Source: an uncultured Desulfospira sp.
GTDB lineage: Bacteria > Desulfobacterota > Desulfobacteria > Desulfobacterales > Desulfobacteraceae
DNA: 64,000 nucleotides
Direction of reading: 5' to 3'
NCBI GenBank assembly: GCA_963663165.1
Contig: OY760175.1
Location: forward strand, 800,001 to 864,000
Shown here one piece after another: positions 17,501 through 26,244 of the stretch. The first letter of the stretch is position 1. The number at the start of each line of letters is the position of its first letter. The notes beneath the pieces were generated by a model. The model made no database searches. It was not told where the DNA came from and was given only the letters and a program-made list of their open reading frames with translations. The position numbers were made by a program, and so were the translations under genes.

Positions 17501-18842
17501 ATTCTCCCAGACCACCATGGCCTTGATGCAGGAGCAGTTTGCAACGCTTACCCGACATGCCGCCCAGGTGATGCAGGCGTCAGGACATCAGCCGGCGGCA
17601 GACATTTCTCCTGCCCCTGCCCCGCCCTTGCCCCTTTTGGACCGGGACATGTGCATGGAATTTGCCATTGGCAAGGCCGGAAAGGTTCTTGGGCCCCAAT
17701 TTGATATCATTGACACCTACCCGGCCCGGGTAAGGCTGCCCGGTGCGCCGCTGATGCTGGTGGACCGGATCATGGACATCAAAGGGGATATCTGCTCTCT
17801 TGGCCCCGGTAAAATCGTCACCCAGCACGATGTTAAGGAAAACGCCTGGTATCTGGACGGCGGGAAAACCCCGGTTTCCATTTCCATTGAGGCGGGCCAG
17901 GCCGACTTGTTTTTATGTTCCTATTTAGGCATAGACCATGCTGTTAAAGGAAAGCGAAAATACAGGCTCCTGGATGCCAGGGTCACCTTTCACAGGCCGC
18001 TTCCCCAACCCCATGAAACCATTGAATACCACATTGAAATTGACCGGTTTTTAAAACAGGGGGACATTTACCTGTTCTTCTTCCATTACAAAGGATACAT
18101 CAACGGTGAGCTTTTAATTTCCATGCGGGACGGGTGTGCCGGTTTTTTCACCGATGAGGAAGTCAAAAACTCCGGGGGGATCATTTTAAAACGGGAAGAC
18201 CGTGAACCGGTTCGGGGCGAAACCGCTCCTGAAAGCCGGTTTCTGGTTCCCGTTGAACGGGAAACCCTTTCCAGTCAGAAAGTAGATCATTTACGCCAGG
18301 GCAACCTTGAGGCGGCCTTTGGTCCCCTGTTCAAGGGCGTTACCCTTGGGGCCAACCAGCGGCTTCCCGGCGGTCAAATGCACCTCATTGACCGGGTCCT
18401 TGATCTTGACCCGACAGGGGGACGGTACGGTCTTGGGTCTATCACGGCCCAGGCGGATATCCATCCGGATGACTGGTTTTTAACCTGCCACTTTATTGAT
18501 GATATGGTCATGCCCGGCACCCTGATGTACGAGTGCTGCGCCCATGCCTTAAGGATTTTTGTCCAGCGCTCAGGCTGGGTCAGCCCCCTGGCCCAGGTTC
18601 ATTTTGACGTGCTGCCTCAAAATGAAAGCAATTTGAAATGCCGGGGACCGGTAACGCCTGACACCCGAAAAGCAAGATATGAAATTCATATCAAAAAAAT
18701 GGGGTTTGCCCCCAAACCTTATGTGATTGCAGATGCCCACATGTTTTCCGATGACTTGAGAATTGTATGGTATCAGGATATGGGAATGACACTGGAAGGC
18801 ATCACGAAAAGTGATTTGGAAAAATTTTGGAGAAAAGCATGA
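14583..18842 (+). CDS. PfaC/PfaBC-like PUFA synthase subunit (KS - chain-length factor - FabA-like DH - DH)
   Basis: KS DAACASS/ECHGTGT/GHLLTAAG; second KS lacks the Cys (LSAGAASG); DH motifs LMLVDRI, HLIDRV, WFLTCHF.DD.VMPG. Confidence 0.88.
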   Translation: MNSKGRTQGLAPIAVVSMAGIFPGAGHINEFFTHILNKRQAVIPVPEHRWAAPSGIMVEKGHVPDRAVSNRAGIITDFQFDPAGFLLPQDLLTALDPVHHLVLQAGRGAFEGCYSNSDILKKTGVVLAAISLPTDSSSLISMEILTKRNAAVPTGLDALRASVVSGPGAVLCRALGLLGGCFTLDAACASSLFAVKLACEQLRLGKTDMMLAGGVSRPDSLYTQVGFSQLMALSPSGRCAPFDHHADGLVVGEGCGILVLKRLKDALDCGDHILGIIRGAGVSNDIEGNLVAPATEGQIRAMTAAYESCQWRPDQIQYMECHGTGTPVGDKIETRSIKTLLDHYQCPKARLAIGSVKSMIGHLLTAAGAASLIKTLLALTHKVLPPSANFEAFPEDSPLTDTRVTVQTTPEDWAPEKPGQPRRAGVSAFGFGGINAHVLVEEFIKDPVLYPVPQSFQPDKLEPCAIIGMHAVTGRCSHLQEFVDLVLGGSLPQWSEPGARWPHLVDSGASNIESALIDAFTMGLGEFHIPPNQLGDILPQHLILLKAVKGALEDAGICPRPEDRSLRTRMGGAMGIDFDFNAANFFMRWKLSGKDTAVTDDILENLSPPLTFDRTLGALGGIAASRTAREFQLGGPCFTLSAGAASGIRAIETALYSLSCKETHTFIAGGVDMAGDIRPYLLNRACDPSDTGPVSEGAAAIVLKRLDQAIADKDRIYAVITGTGSGSGGRVPGETSPDGGPDTMGLTVSLEQLFSGSLKPDIDFIETHSNGTGRIGQAESQGLENFFKKRFTRPVPLRSALPVLGDTRSVSGLLSVMKAAVCLYKGQLPGHRFADNSFFHALPRDKFDLSPDFIRLIAPEQRPLKALASAVSLDGVFGHVLLEQGPACPSSPVLAPKNPPVKFMRINTTRPPLSPEALNIMNQAFYSEPAPAPQVSFPENHDPLQPNDTGSVHPEIMVKGTAATARAHEKFLEFSQTTMALMQEQFATLTRHAAQVMQASGHQPAADISPAPAPPLPLLDRDMCMEFAIGKAGKVLGPQFDIIDTYPARVRLPGAPLMLVDRIMDIKGDICSLGPGKIVTQHDVKENAWYLDGGKTPVSISIEAGQADLFLCSYLGIDHAVKGKRKYRLLDARVTFHRPLPQPHETIEYHIEIDRFLKQGDIYLFFFHYKGYINGELLISMRDGCAGFFTDEEVKNSGGIILKREDREPVRGETAPESRFLVPVERETLSSQKVDHLRQGNLEAAFGPLFKGVTLGANQRLPGGQMHLIDRVLDLDPTGGRYGLGSITAQADIHPDDWFLTCHFIDDMVMPGTLMYECCAHALRIFVQRSGWVSPLAQVHFDVLPQNESNLKCRGPVTPDTRKARYEIHIKKMGFAPKPYVIADAHMFSDDLRIVWYQDMGMTLEGITKSDLEKFWRKA

Positions 18843-19891
18843 GATATTCAAAGGTATTTATTGAATCTTTCGGGTATGAACTGGCCCCGAATATTGTCAC
18901 CACCACCGAACTTGAAGAACGGCTGGCCCCGTTTTTTGAGGCGGTGGGGTTTGAGCCCGGGCAATTGGAGGCCCTGACCGGTATCAAGGAACGGCGCTAC
19001 TGGGACGTGGACCATACCTTAGGGGAGCATGCCGCCGCCGCCGGGCAAAAGGCCATTGATGAGGCAGGCATTGACCCCGAAGACATTGGTGCCCTGGCTT
19101 ATTGCGGGGTCTGCCAGGACGGGTTTGAACCGGCCACCTCATGCGCCATTGCCGACCAGCTCAATATCGGCCGGACCGCTCATATTTACGATGTTAAATC
19201 CGCCTGTCTGGGCATGGTTACGGGCATGGTCCATGTGGCCAACGAGATTGAGCTGGGCAACATTAAGGCCGGTCTTGTGGTCTCCTGCGAGACCGCCCGG
19301 CAGATTGTGGACTCCACCATTGACGAAATCAACGAGAAAAAGAGCGTGGAATTTTACAAAGAAGCCGTGGCCACCATGACCGGGGGGTCAGGGGCCTGTG
19401 CCATCCTGCTCACAGACGGCAGCTTAGGGCGTGCCGATACCCAGCGCCACGCTGTCAAAGGCGGGGTGGTGAGAAACGCCATCCAGCACCATGCCCTGTG
19501 CCACTGGGGATTTGAAGAAAAGGGCATGCCCACCACCTCAAAAGTGATCATGCGGACCAAAGCCCAGGGCGTTCTGGAACACGGGGTAGGACTTGCCATG
19601 GAAACATATAAAGCATTCAGAAAAGAGTTTAACCTGCCCGAAGACAAGCCCGACAAGTTTATTGCCCATCAGGTCGGGGCCGGTCACCACCACCGGTTTT
19701 ACGACACCTTAGGCATTGACATTAAAAAAGATTTTTGCACCTATCCGTTTTTAGGCAACGTGGGCACGGTTTCTTTGCCCATTACCGCGGCCATCGCTGA
19801 TGAACGCGGATTTCTGAGACCTGGCGATCTTGTGGCCTTTGTCGGGGTGGGGTCCGGGCTCAACTCCTATTTTCTGGGGGTTGAATGGTAA
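18839..19891 (+). CDS. oleA: OleA acyl-CoA condensing enzyme (thiolase/FabH superfamily)
   Basis: LEALTGIKERRYW, FEPATS (Glu), DVKSACLG (Cys), HQVG, GNVGTVSLP, GVGSGLN; ATGA overlap with the upstream gene. Confidence 0.88.
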   Translation: MRYSKVFIESFGYELAPNIVTTTELEERLAPFFEAVGFEPGQLEALTGIKERRYWDVDHTLGEHAAAAGQKAIDEAGIDPEDIGALAYCGVCQDGFEPATSCAIADQLNIGRTAHIYDVKSACLGMVTGMVHVANEIELGNIKAGLVVSCETARQIVDSTIDEINEKKSVEFYKEAVATMTGGSGACAILLTDGSLGRADTQRHAVKGGVVRNAIQHHALCHWGFEEKGMPTTSKVIMRTKAQGVLEHGVGLAMETYKAFRKEFNLPEDKPDKFIAHQVGAGHHHRFYDTLGIDIKKDFCTYPFLGNVGTVSLPITAAIADERGFLRPGDLVAFVGVGSGLNSYFLGVEW

Positions 19892-20838
19892 CCCGTACAA
19901 TTAATGGCAAAGCCGTATCCAGAACCGGATTTGAGGATATTTACCCCTTTGAATCCCGGTTCATGACCGTTAACGGCCACCGGATGCATTATGTGGATGA
20001 AGGCGCAGGACCCGTGGTTCTCATGGTCCACGGCAATCCCACCTGGTCATTTTATTACCGGAACCTGATCAAGGGGCTTTGCCCGAAATTCCGGACTATT
20101 GTTCCCGATCATGTAGGGTGCGGATTTTCAGACAAGCCCCCCCACAGCCCTGGGCCCGACCTTAAACCGGGTACCTATGATTACACCCTGGGTTCCCGGG
20201 TCAGGGATCTTGATGATTTTGTCAACGGCCTGAACCTTTCAAAAGACCGCAAGATAAACCTCATCGTCCATGACTGGGGCGGCATGATCGGCCTTGCCTG
20301 GGCCCTTGATCACCTTAGCCGGGTGGACAAACTGGTCATTACCAATACATCCGGGTTTTTCCTGCCCGAGGGCAAGGCCTTTCCATGGATGTTATGGATA
20401 ATCAAATACCTGACGTGGCTTGCCGTTCCCGCGGTCCTGGGATTAAACATCTTTTCTTTGACCGCCGCCTTTGTCGGGACCAAAACAAGGCTGCCCCAAA
20501 AGGTGCGGCAGGGGTTGACCGCCCCGTATAATTCATGGAAAAACCGGATCGCCACCTTAAAATTTGTCCAGGATATTCCCGTAAGTCCCAAAGACAGGTC
20601 CGGGGTTATTGTGGATCATGTGGACAAAACCCTTCACCGGCTTGACCCTGAGAAATTATTGTTTTTATGGGGGGCCCGGGATTTTGTCTTTGACCTTCAC
20701 TTTTTCAATGAATTTAAACGAAGGTTTCCCACCGCTCAGTCCCATGTATTTGAGGATGCCGGCCACTATCTGTTTGAAGATAAACCGGAACAGATCCTGG
20801 CGCTGATTGATAAATTTTTTAAAGGGGCAAAGGGATAA
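19885..20838 (+). CDS. oleB: OleB beta-lactone decarboxylase (haloalkane dehalogenase-like)
   Basis: HGNPTWSFYYR, VHDWGG, RIATLKFVQDIP, WGARDFVF, DAGHY; context between oleA and oleC. Confidence 0.85.
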   Translation: MVTRTINGKAVSRTGFEDIYPFESRFMTVNGHRMHYVDEGAGPVVLMVHGNPTWSFYYRNLIKGLCPKFRTIVPDHVGCGFSDKPPHSPGPDLKPGTYDYTLGSRVRDLDDFVNGLNLSKDRKINLIVHDWGGMIGLAWALDHLSRVDKLVITNTSGFFLPEGKAFPWMLWIIKYLTWLAVPAVLGLNIFSLTAAFVGTKTRLPQKVRQGLTAPYNSWKNRIATLKFVQDIPVSPKDRSGVIVDHVDKTLHRLDPEKLLFLWGARDFVFDLHFFNEFKRRFPTAQSHVFEDAGHYLFEDKPEQILALIDKFFKGAKG

Positions 20839-20884
20839 TCATGATGTAAAAATCGAGGGCTTCTCCCTCTTTTTTTATATTCTC

Positions 20885-20957
20885 ACGCAAAGGCGCTAAG
20901 GCGCAAAGAATAACATGGTCTAAAACCATTAAACTTTGCGCCTTTGCGCCTTTGCGT
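20885..20957. repeat. Palindromic (CGCAAAGG)n / (CCTTTGCG)n intergenic repeat
   Basis: acgcaaaggcgctaaggcgcaaag ... ctttgcgcctttgcgcctttgcgt. Confidence 0.8.
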
Positions 20958-21060
20958 AAGTTCCTTTTTAAAGTGCCCCCGGTTTCCGATCTTTTCGGTC
21001 TCCGGCCTTCCCGTTTCCAACCTTTTTGACTTTTTGTAAAATCCGGGGTACAAAACAACC

Positions 21061-21768
21061 ATGCTTGGATTCGGTAAAAAAAAGGCCAAACAGGCCGGCG
21101 ATAATGACGCATCCGTAACCGAAGAAAAAGAAGACATATCCGGAGAGGAAACCAAATCCTCATCTAAAAAAGGGAAAAAAGGCGGCAAATCCAAAGGCCT
21201 TTTCACCAAAAAGAAAATTTTTCTTCTGATTATTCTGGTGATGCTCGGGACCGGCGGTTATTTCGGGTACACCGTTTTTATGGGACCAAAAGACGGGCAG
21301 GTCCGCTACGTCAAAAAGGAGCTTGGCCATGTGGGGCTCCCCCAGGAGATGCTTAAATTTACGTTCACCCAGATTCCGGACCTTTACCTTGCCATTCTTG
21401 ATTTTGATTCGGAAATGATGATTTTTGACAATGAAATCCAACGGATCCAGGCGGTGGGAGAAAAATACCCGGATCAGCAAAAAATCGCCGAAAAGGAAAA
21501 AAAGGTCTGGGAAAAATCCAGAGGCAGCCTGGTCAAAGAATTTTCAAAGATTGAAAAACCCATCAAAGAGATGTATGTCCTATACCAGGTCAACCCTGAA
21601 CAGGGGACCGCAAAGGTTGCCGAAAAGGGTGAAGAACTGGTAGCGACTGCCCGGAACGCCCTTGCCACGGCCCAGGAACAGACCCAAAAACTTAAACAGG
21701 ACGAGGCAGCAGCGCCTGAAGGCTTATTTCCCGGCCTGATCTACAAACTAAAAAAGAAATTTCTATGA
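21061..21768 (+). CDS. Hypothetical single-pass membrane protein with helical C-terminal domain
   Basis: Lys-rich N-term, one TM (IFLLIILVMLGTGGYFGY); stop overlaps the oleC ATG. Confidence 0.75.
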   Translation: MLGFGKKKAKQAGDNDASVTEEKEDISGEETKSSSKKGKKGGKSKGLFTKKKIFLLIILVMLGTGGYFGYTVFMGPKDGQVRYVKKELGHVGLPQEMLKFTFTQIPDLYLAILDFDSEMMIFDNEIQRIQAVGEKYPDQQKIAEKEKKVWEKSRGSLVKEFSKIEKPIKEMYVLYQVNPEQGTAKVAEKGEELVATARNALATAQEQTQKLKQDEAAAPEGLFPGLIYKLKKKFL

Positions 21769-23420
21769 CCTCATACGCCAATATCTCCTTAAGTCTTGAA
21801 CAGGCCAGATTAAATTTTCCTTATAAAAGAGCCGTGGTTTACCCTTCCGGACGGGACAAAAACAACCGGGTGCTATACAGCCAGCTAAACTTTACCCAGC
21901 TTGATGTTCTATCGGACCAGGCCGCTTTTGGCCTGGTCAGCATGGGCATTACCCGGGGGGCCCGGACCATTCTCATGGTACCGCCGGGCATTGATTTTTT
22001 TATTGCCATCTTTGCCATGTTCAAGGTCGGGGCAGTCCCGGTGGTGGTGGACCCGGGCATGGGCATCAACCGGATGCTCCAATGCCTGGAACAGGGAATG
22101 CCCAAGGCCTTTATCGGTATTGAAAAGGCCCATGTCCTTAGAACCTTTAAGCCCAAATACTTTCATTCGGTCAAGCACTGGGTAACGGTGGGGAAAAAAT
22201 GGTTCTGGAACGGACAGACCCTGAACCATCTGATCCAGGATACCAAAGAGCCTTTTCCCAAGGCGGCGACCACCGTCGATGAAACCGCGGCCATTGTCTT
22301 TACCACCGGCTCCACCGGCCCGGCCAAAGGCGTGGTCTACACCCACGGCAACTTTGACGCCCAGATCCGGCAGATCAAAGACCATTTTCATATCGGCCCC
22401 GATGAAATTGATCTGCCCACCTTTCCCTTGTTTGCCCTGTTTGACCCGGCCTTAGGGATGACGGCCGTGATTCCGGACATGGACCCCACCAAGCCGGCCC
22501 AGGTAAACCCCCAAAAAATCATTGAAGCCGTTGAAAACCACGGGGTCACCAACATGTTTGCCTCCCCTGCCCTGCTCAACCGGGTCGGGGCCTACGGCAA
22601 GGCGCACAAGATTAAGCTGCCGTCCCTTCGGCGGGTGGTGTCGGCAGGGGCACCGGTTTCACCGGCCAACATTAAACAGTTTTCATTCATGCTGTCTTCA
22701 GACACCCAGATTCATACCCCCTACGGGGCCACGGAAGCGGTTCCCATTATTTCCATCGGGTCAAAAGAAATCTTGACGGAAACCCAGCAATTGAGCGAAC
22801 AGGGCTTTGGCATGTGTGTGGGCCGGCCCATCTGCGATACCCAGGTCAGGATTATTGAAATCACGGACAAGCCCATTGCCAGGCTTGAAGATGCCAGGCC
22901 TGTTTCAGAAAACCAGGTGGGTGAAATCATTGTCAATGCCGAACTGGTTACCAGCCAGTATTTCAACAACCCTGAAGCCGATCGGCTGTCCAAGATCAAA
23001 GACCCGGACGGATCGGTCTGGCACCGCATGGGCGATCTGGCATGGATGGACTCCAAAGGGCGGCTCTGGTTTTGCGGCCGGAAAAACCACCGGGTGGAAA
23101 CCCCCAAGGAAACCTTGTTCACCATTCCCGTGGAGGCCATTTTCAATAATCACCCCAAAGTGTTCAGAAGCGCGCTGGCCGGGGTGGGCGCACCGCCTGC
23201 CCAGATGCCGGTGATCTTTATTGAGCCCAACACAAAGATTTCCAATAAAACCGTATTTATCAAAGAGCTTCAGGACCTTGCCGCTGCCAATCCCATGACC
23301 AGCGGCATAAAGCACATATTCATTGAAAAGGCGTTCCCCGTGGACATCCGGCACAACTCCAAAATTTTCCGGGAAAAGCTGGCGGTTAAAGCAAAAAAGC
23401 TGTTGGAGGGCGGTCGTTAG
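21765..23420 (+). CDS. oleC: OleC beta-lactone synthetase (AMP-dependent ligase)
   Basis: FTTGSTGPAKG, DLPTFPLFALF, PYGATE, WHRMGD, FPVDIRHNSKIFREKL. Confidence 0.88.
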   Translation: MTSYANISLSLEQARLNFPYKRAVVYPSGRDKNNRVLYSQLNFTQLDVLSDQAAFGLVSMGITRGARTILMVPPGIDFFIAIFAMFKVGAVPVVVDPGMGINRMLQCLEQGMPKAFIGIEKAHVLRTFKPKYFHSVKHWVTVGKKWFWNGQTLNHLIQDTKEPFPKAATTVDETAAIVFTTGSTGPAKGVVYTHGNFDAQIRQIKDHFHIGPDEIDLPTFPLFALFDPALGMTAVIPDMDPTKPAQVNPQKIIEAVENHGVTNMFASPALLNRVGAYGKAHKIKLPSLRRVVSAGAPVSPANIKQFSFMLSSDTQIHTPYGATEAVPIISIGSKEILTETQQLSEQGFGMCVGRPICDTQVRIIEITDKPIARLEDARPVSENQVGEIIVNAELVTSQYFNNPEADRLSKIKDPDGSVWHRMGDLAWMDSKGRLWFCGRKNHRVETPKETLFTIPVEAIFNNHPKVFRSALAGVGAPPAQMPVIFIEPNTKISNKTVFIKELQDLAAANPMTSGIKHIFIEKAFPVDIRHNSKIFREKLAVKAKKLLEGGR

Positions 23421-23483
23421 CTATTAAGCTGTTAGCCTTTAGCTATTAGCTGTTAGCGAATGGTTATAAGTCCTTATAGCTAT
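23417..23483. repeat. TTAGCYD heptamer array with conserved tail
   Basis: Ends in TTAGCGAATGGTTATAAGTCCTTATAGCTA, nearly identical to 61191-61220. Confidence 0.8.
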
Positions 23484-23487
23484 ATGT

Positions 23488-23572
23488 GGTGGGCAACACT
23501 TACGCTGGTTCGCTTTTGCCCACCTACAGGATTCCCGAAATCGGTAGGGGTGGGCACGCCCTTTGTGCCCAC
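23488..23572. repeat. REP-like palindromes (GTAG / GGTGGGCA..TGCCCACC)
   Basis: ggtgggcaa..ttgcccacctac and gtaggggtgggcac..gtgcccacc; related copy at 42801-42828. Confidence 0.7.
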
Positions 23573-23619
23573 CGCAGTGCTACCCCGATTGTCCGGCTGG
23601 AACCAGCTTTGCGGGCTCT

Positions 23620-23748
23620 GGTGTTTGGACGAAAAGTTGCCCATATGCAAGGCGCCAAAAAAATTTGAAACCGGAGCAGCCTTCAGGGCTGTGAGGATTT
23701 CAAATTTTTTTGCAACGCAGCAGATGGGTGACTTTTCGTCCAAACACC
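23620..23748. mobile_element. MITE-like element, 129 bp
   Basis: Perfect 18-bp terminal IR GGTGTTTGGACGAAAAGT extending imperfectly inward; internal IR AAAAAATTTGAAA/TTTCAAATTTTTT; no ORF. Confidence 0.75.
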
Positions 23749-23749
23749 T

Positions 23750-25051
23750 TTAATCGGGGAGCAGGTCATAGAAGTACATCATGACATCCGAGCGGGTAAT
23801 AATCCCGATAATCCGGTCATCCTGGATGACCGGAATCCGCCCCACATCATGCTTGATCATGAGGCGGGCCGCCTCAATGGCGCTGCGGTCATGGGCAATG
23901 ACAATGGGGTTCGGGGTCATGAAGGCCTTAATGGGGGATTTCATCTGGTTTGACTTTCGGATCCGTTTAAAATCCCTTCTGGAAACCACCCCGACAATAT
24001 TGTCGTCATCATCCACCACCGGCATGCCCGTACACCCTTTTTCCCTTAAGATCATGACCACTTTTTCCACCGGCGTGCTTTGATTGATGGTGATCACGGG
24101 ATAGGACATGATGTCCGAGAGCATAACCGAGGATTGCTGGTTTCCCTCAATCAGAGCGGTCAGGGTTTCCTGGACCGTATCGGGATTGACTGATTTGAGC
24201 AGGGCAGACCCTGCCCCGGGATGCCCGCCGCCCCCAAGGCTTTTCATAATAAGGCCCACGTTGATATCGTCCACGCCGCTGCGCCCGATCACCATGACCT
24301 TATTCCGTTCCACGTCTTTGAAAATCCCGAAGGCCGCATCCACGTTCACGATTTCCCGGTACATCTGCATGACCATGGCCAGGTTCTGTATCCGCCCTTT
24401 CAGCTCAACTTTGGGAAAGCTGATGGTAAAGCCGCCGATTTCCATTCGCTGGGCATCCTGGATCATCTCATGAAGAATGTCCTTCTGCTGCCGGCCATAG
24501 GCCTGTTTTAAAAAGGTGGCCAGAATATTCAGGTCGGCCTTTCGGTCTAACAGAAAGGCGGCGGCATAGGCGTCTTCGGCCAGGGTGGAGGGAAAGGACA
24601 GGTTGCCGGTGTCTTCGTAGAGCCCGAGCAGAAACAAGGTGGCCTGAATGGGGGTGAGCAGTTTGCGCTGTTTTTCAATTTCTTTGACCAGCAGGGTGAT
24701 GGCGGCCCCGGTCTCCCTAACGGTGTTCTCCTGGCCATCCATGTCCCCGTCCATATGGTGGTCAAACACAATAATCTTCAGATCCGGCTTTTCCTTTAGT
24801 TTTAACAACCGCCGGTCCAGCCGGTTCCAGGAATGGGTGTCCACTGAAATCAGCGTATTCACCTGGTCCAGATCAATTTCATCCGGGGTGTGAATTTCAA
24901 ATATATTTTTATGGATGGCCAGAAAGGCCTTTACATTGGCATTCAAGGAGCCCGGCATCACCGGCTTGGCATCCGGATAAATCAGGCCGGCCGCCACAAC
25001 ACATGCCAGGGCATCAAAATCAGATCCTTTATGGGTGGTAATCAGTTTCAT
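23750..25051 (-). CDS. DHH/DHHA1 phosphoesterase with CBS pair
   Basis: THKGSDFDA, VDT, FDHH, YEDTG, GGGGHPGAGSA, two CBS repeats. Confidence 0.88.
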   Translation of the reverse strand: MKLITTHKGSDFDALACVVAAGLIYPDAKPVMPGSLNANVKAFLAIHKNIFEIHTPDEIDLDQVNTLISVDTHSWNRLDRRLLKLKEKPDLKIIVFDHHMDGDMDGQENTVRETGAAITLLVKEIEKQRKLLTPIQATLFLLGLYEDTGNLSFPSTLAEDAYAAAFLLDRKADLNILATFLKQAYGRQQKDILHEMIQDAQRMEIGGFTISFPKVELKGRIQNLAMVMQMYREIVNVDAAFGIFKDVERNKVMVIGRSGVDDINVGLIMKSLGGGGHPGAGSALLKSVNPDTVQETLTALIEGNQQSSVMLSDIMSYPVITINQSTPVEKVVMILREKGCTGMPVVDDDDNIVGVVSRRDFKRIRKSNQMKSPIKAFMTPNPIVIAHDRSAIEAARLMIKHDVGRIPVIQDDRIIGIITRSDVMMYFYDLLPD

Positions 25052-25295
25052 AAGCCGTTAAACATATCTCATGGTTTGGTGTGAGCAATTTTCATTTCTC
25101 CAAGTTCAGGGTTCATCCTATCATAATGAGATCCCTTCTATAAAAACTTTTTTGCATTTGGGGCATTGAAAAAAAAGAGAAAAGACAAACATGACCTTTT
25201 GGTAATATTGGCGTCATCTTAAGATTATTTTTCACTGGTATAGTCCCCACAGAGTCAACAAGGAAATTTCATTCCTTTTTCCTCTCTCTCCTCCT

Positions 25296-25334
25296 ATAAA
25301 GCCGGGTTGGTTAACAACCCGGCTTTATTTTATT
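25296..25334. terminator. Strong hairpin, terminator-like
   Basis: ATAAAGCCGGGTTG-GTTAA-CAACCCGGCTTTAT followed by TTTATT on the plus strand. Confidence 0.75.
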
Positions 25335-25422
25335 AGGCTGAAGGTTGTTAGGCTGAAGACTGTTAGGATTAAAGGAAGTAAGCCATTGAACCTTCAGCCC
25401 AATCCCCTTCCGCCTAAACTCC

Positions 25423-26244
25423 TCAATAATCAAATCCGGGCTGGACTCTGATCAACTCCCTGGTATAGGGATGTTCCGGCCGGGTGATGATGTTTCTGGC
25501 CGTGTTCACCTCTACAATGTGTCCCTGGTTGATCACGGCAATCCGGTCACACAAATAATTGGCGGCCGCCAGGTTATGGGTAATGAAAAGAAAGGTTAAG
25601 CCTTTGGTTTCTCTGATCCGGGACAGCAGGTGAAGCAGCTGGATGGCAATGGTGGCGTCGAGCATGGACGTGGGTTCGTCGGCCACGATCACCTCAGGGT
25701 CCAGAACAATGGCCCTGGCAACAGCCACCCGCTGCCGCTGCCCCCCGGACAGCTGGTGGGGATACCGGTCCACATAATCCATGGCCGGGGTCAGGCCAAC
25801 GGTGTCAAGGGTTTCCAGCACTTTTTGCCGCCTGTTCTCTAAGGTTCCCATCCCATGGACGCTCAAGGGTTCAAGAATGGTCTGGCCAATGGTCAGATAG
25901 GGGTTTAAAGACTGGTAAGGGTCCTGAAAAATCATCTGAACCCTGGAGCGGTAATGTTTTAAAGCTTTTCCCGTTAACCGGTTAACCGGTTCGCCGTTGA
26001 GAAAAATTTGGCCTGAGGACGGCTGCTCAAGACGGACCAGAAGCCGTCCCACAGTGGTTTTTCCGCTGCCGCTGCGGCCCACCAGGCCGAGGATCTCCCC
26101 GGTCTCAAGGGTTAAATTGATGCTGTTCAAGGCCAGGACGGTTTGGGCTTTCCCCATGGAAAACAGCCCGGCCCCGGATTTATATGCCTTTGTGACCGCC
26201 TTTATTTCAACCAGGGGCGCCCTGGTGCGCCGTGTTTTGTTCAT
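25423..26244 (-). CDS. Oligopeptide ABC transporter ATP-binding protein (OppF/DppF-like)
   Basis: [27 protein letters not shown]. Confidence 0.92.
   Translation of the reverse strand: MNKTRRTRAPLVEIKAVTKAYKSGAGLFSMGKAQTVLALNSINLTLETGEILGLVGRSGSGKTTVGRLLVRLEQPSSGQIFLNGEPVNRLTGKALKHYRSRVQMIFQDPYQSLNPYLTIGQTILEPLSVHGMGTLENRRQKVLETLDTVGLTPAMDYVDRYPHQLSGGQRQRVAVARAIVLDPEVIVADEPTSMLDATIAIQLLHLLSRIRETKGLTFLFITHNLAAANYLCDRIAVINQGHIVEVNTARNIITRPEHPYTRELIRVQPGFDY

Noticed and set aside
19885..20838. Haloalkane dehalogenase
   Set aside because: Same fold, but the position between oleA and oleC favours OleB.
23460..23753. Short ORFs in the oleC downstream gap
   Set aside because: They run across REP and MITE repeats and have no coding features.
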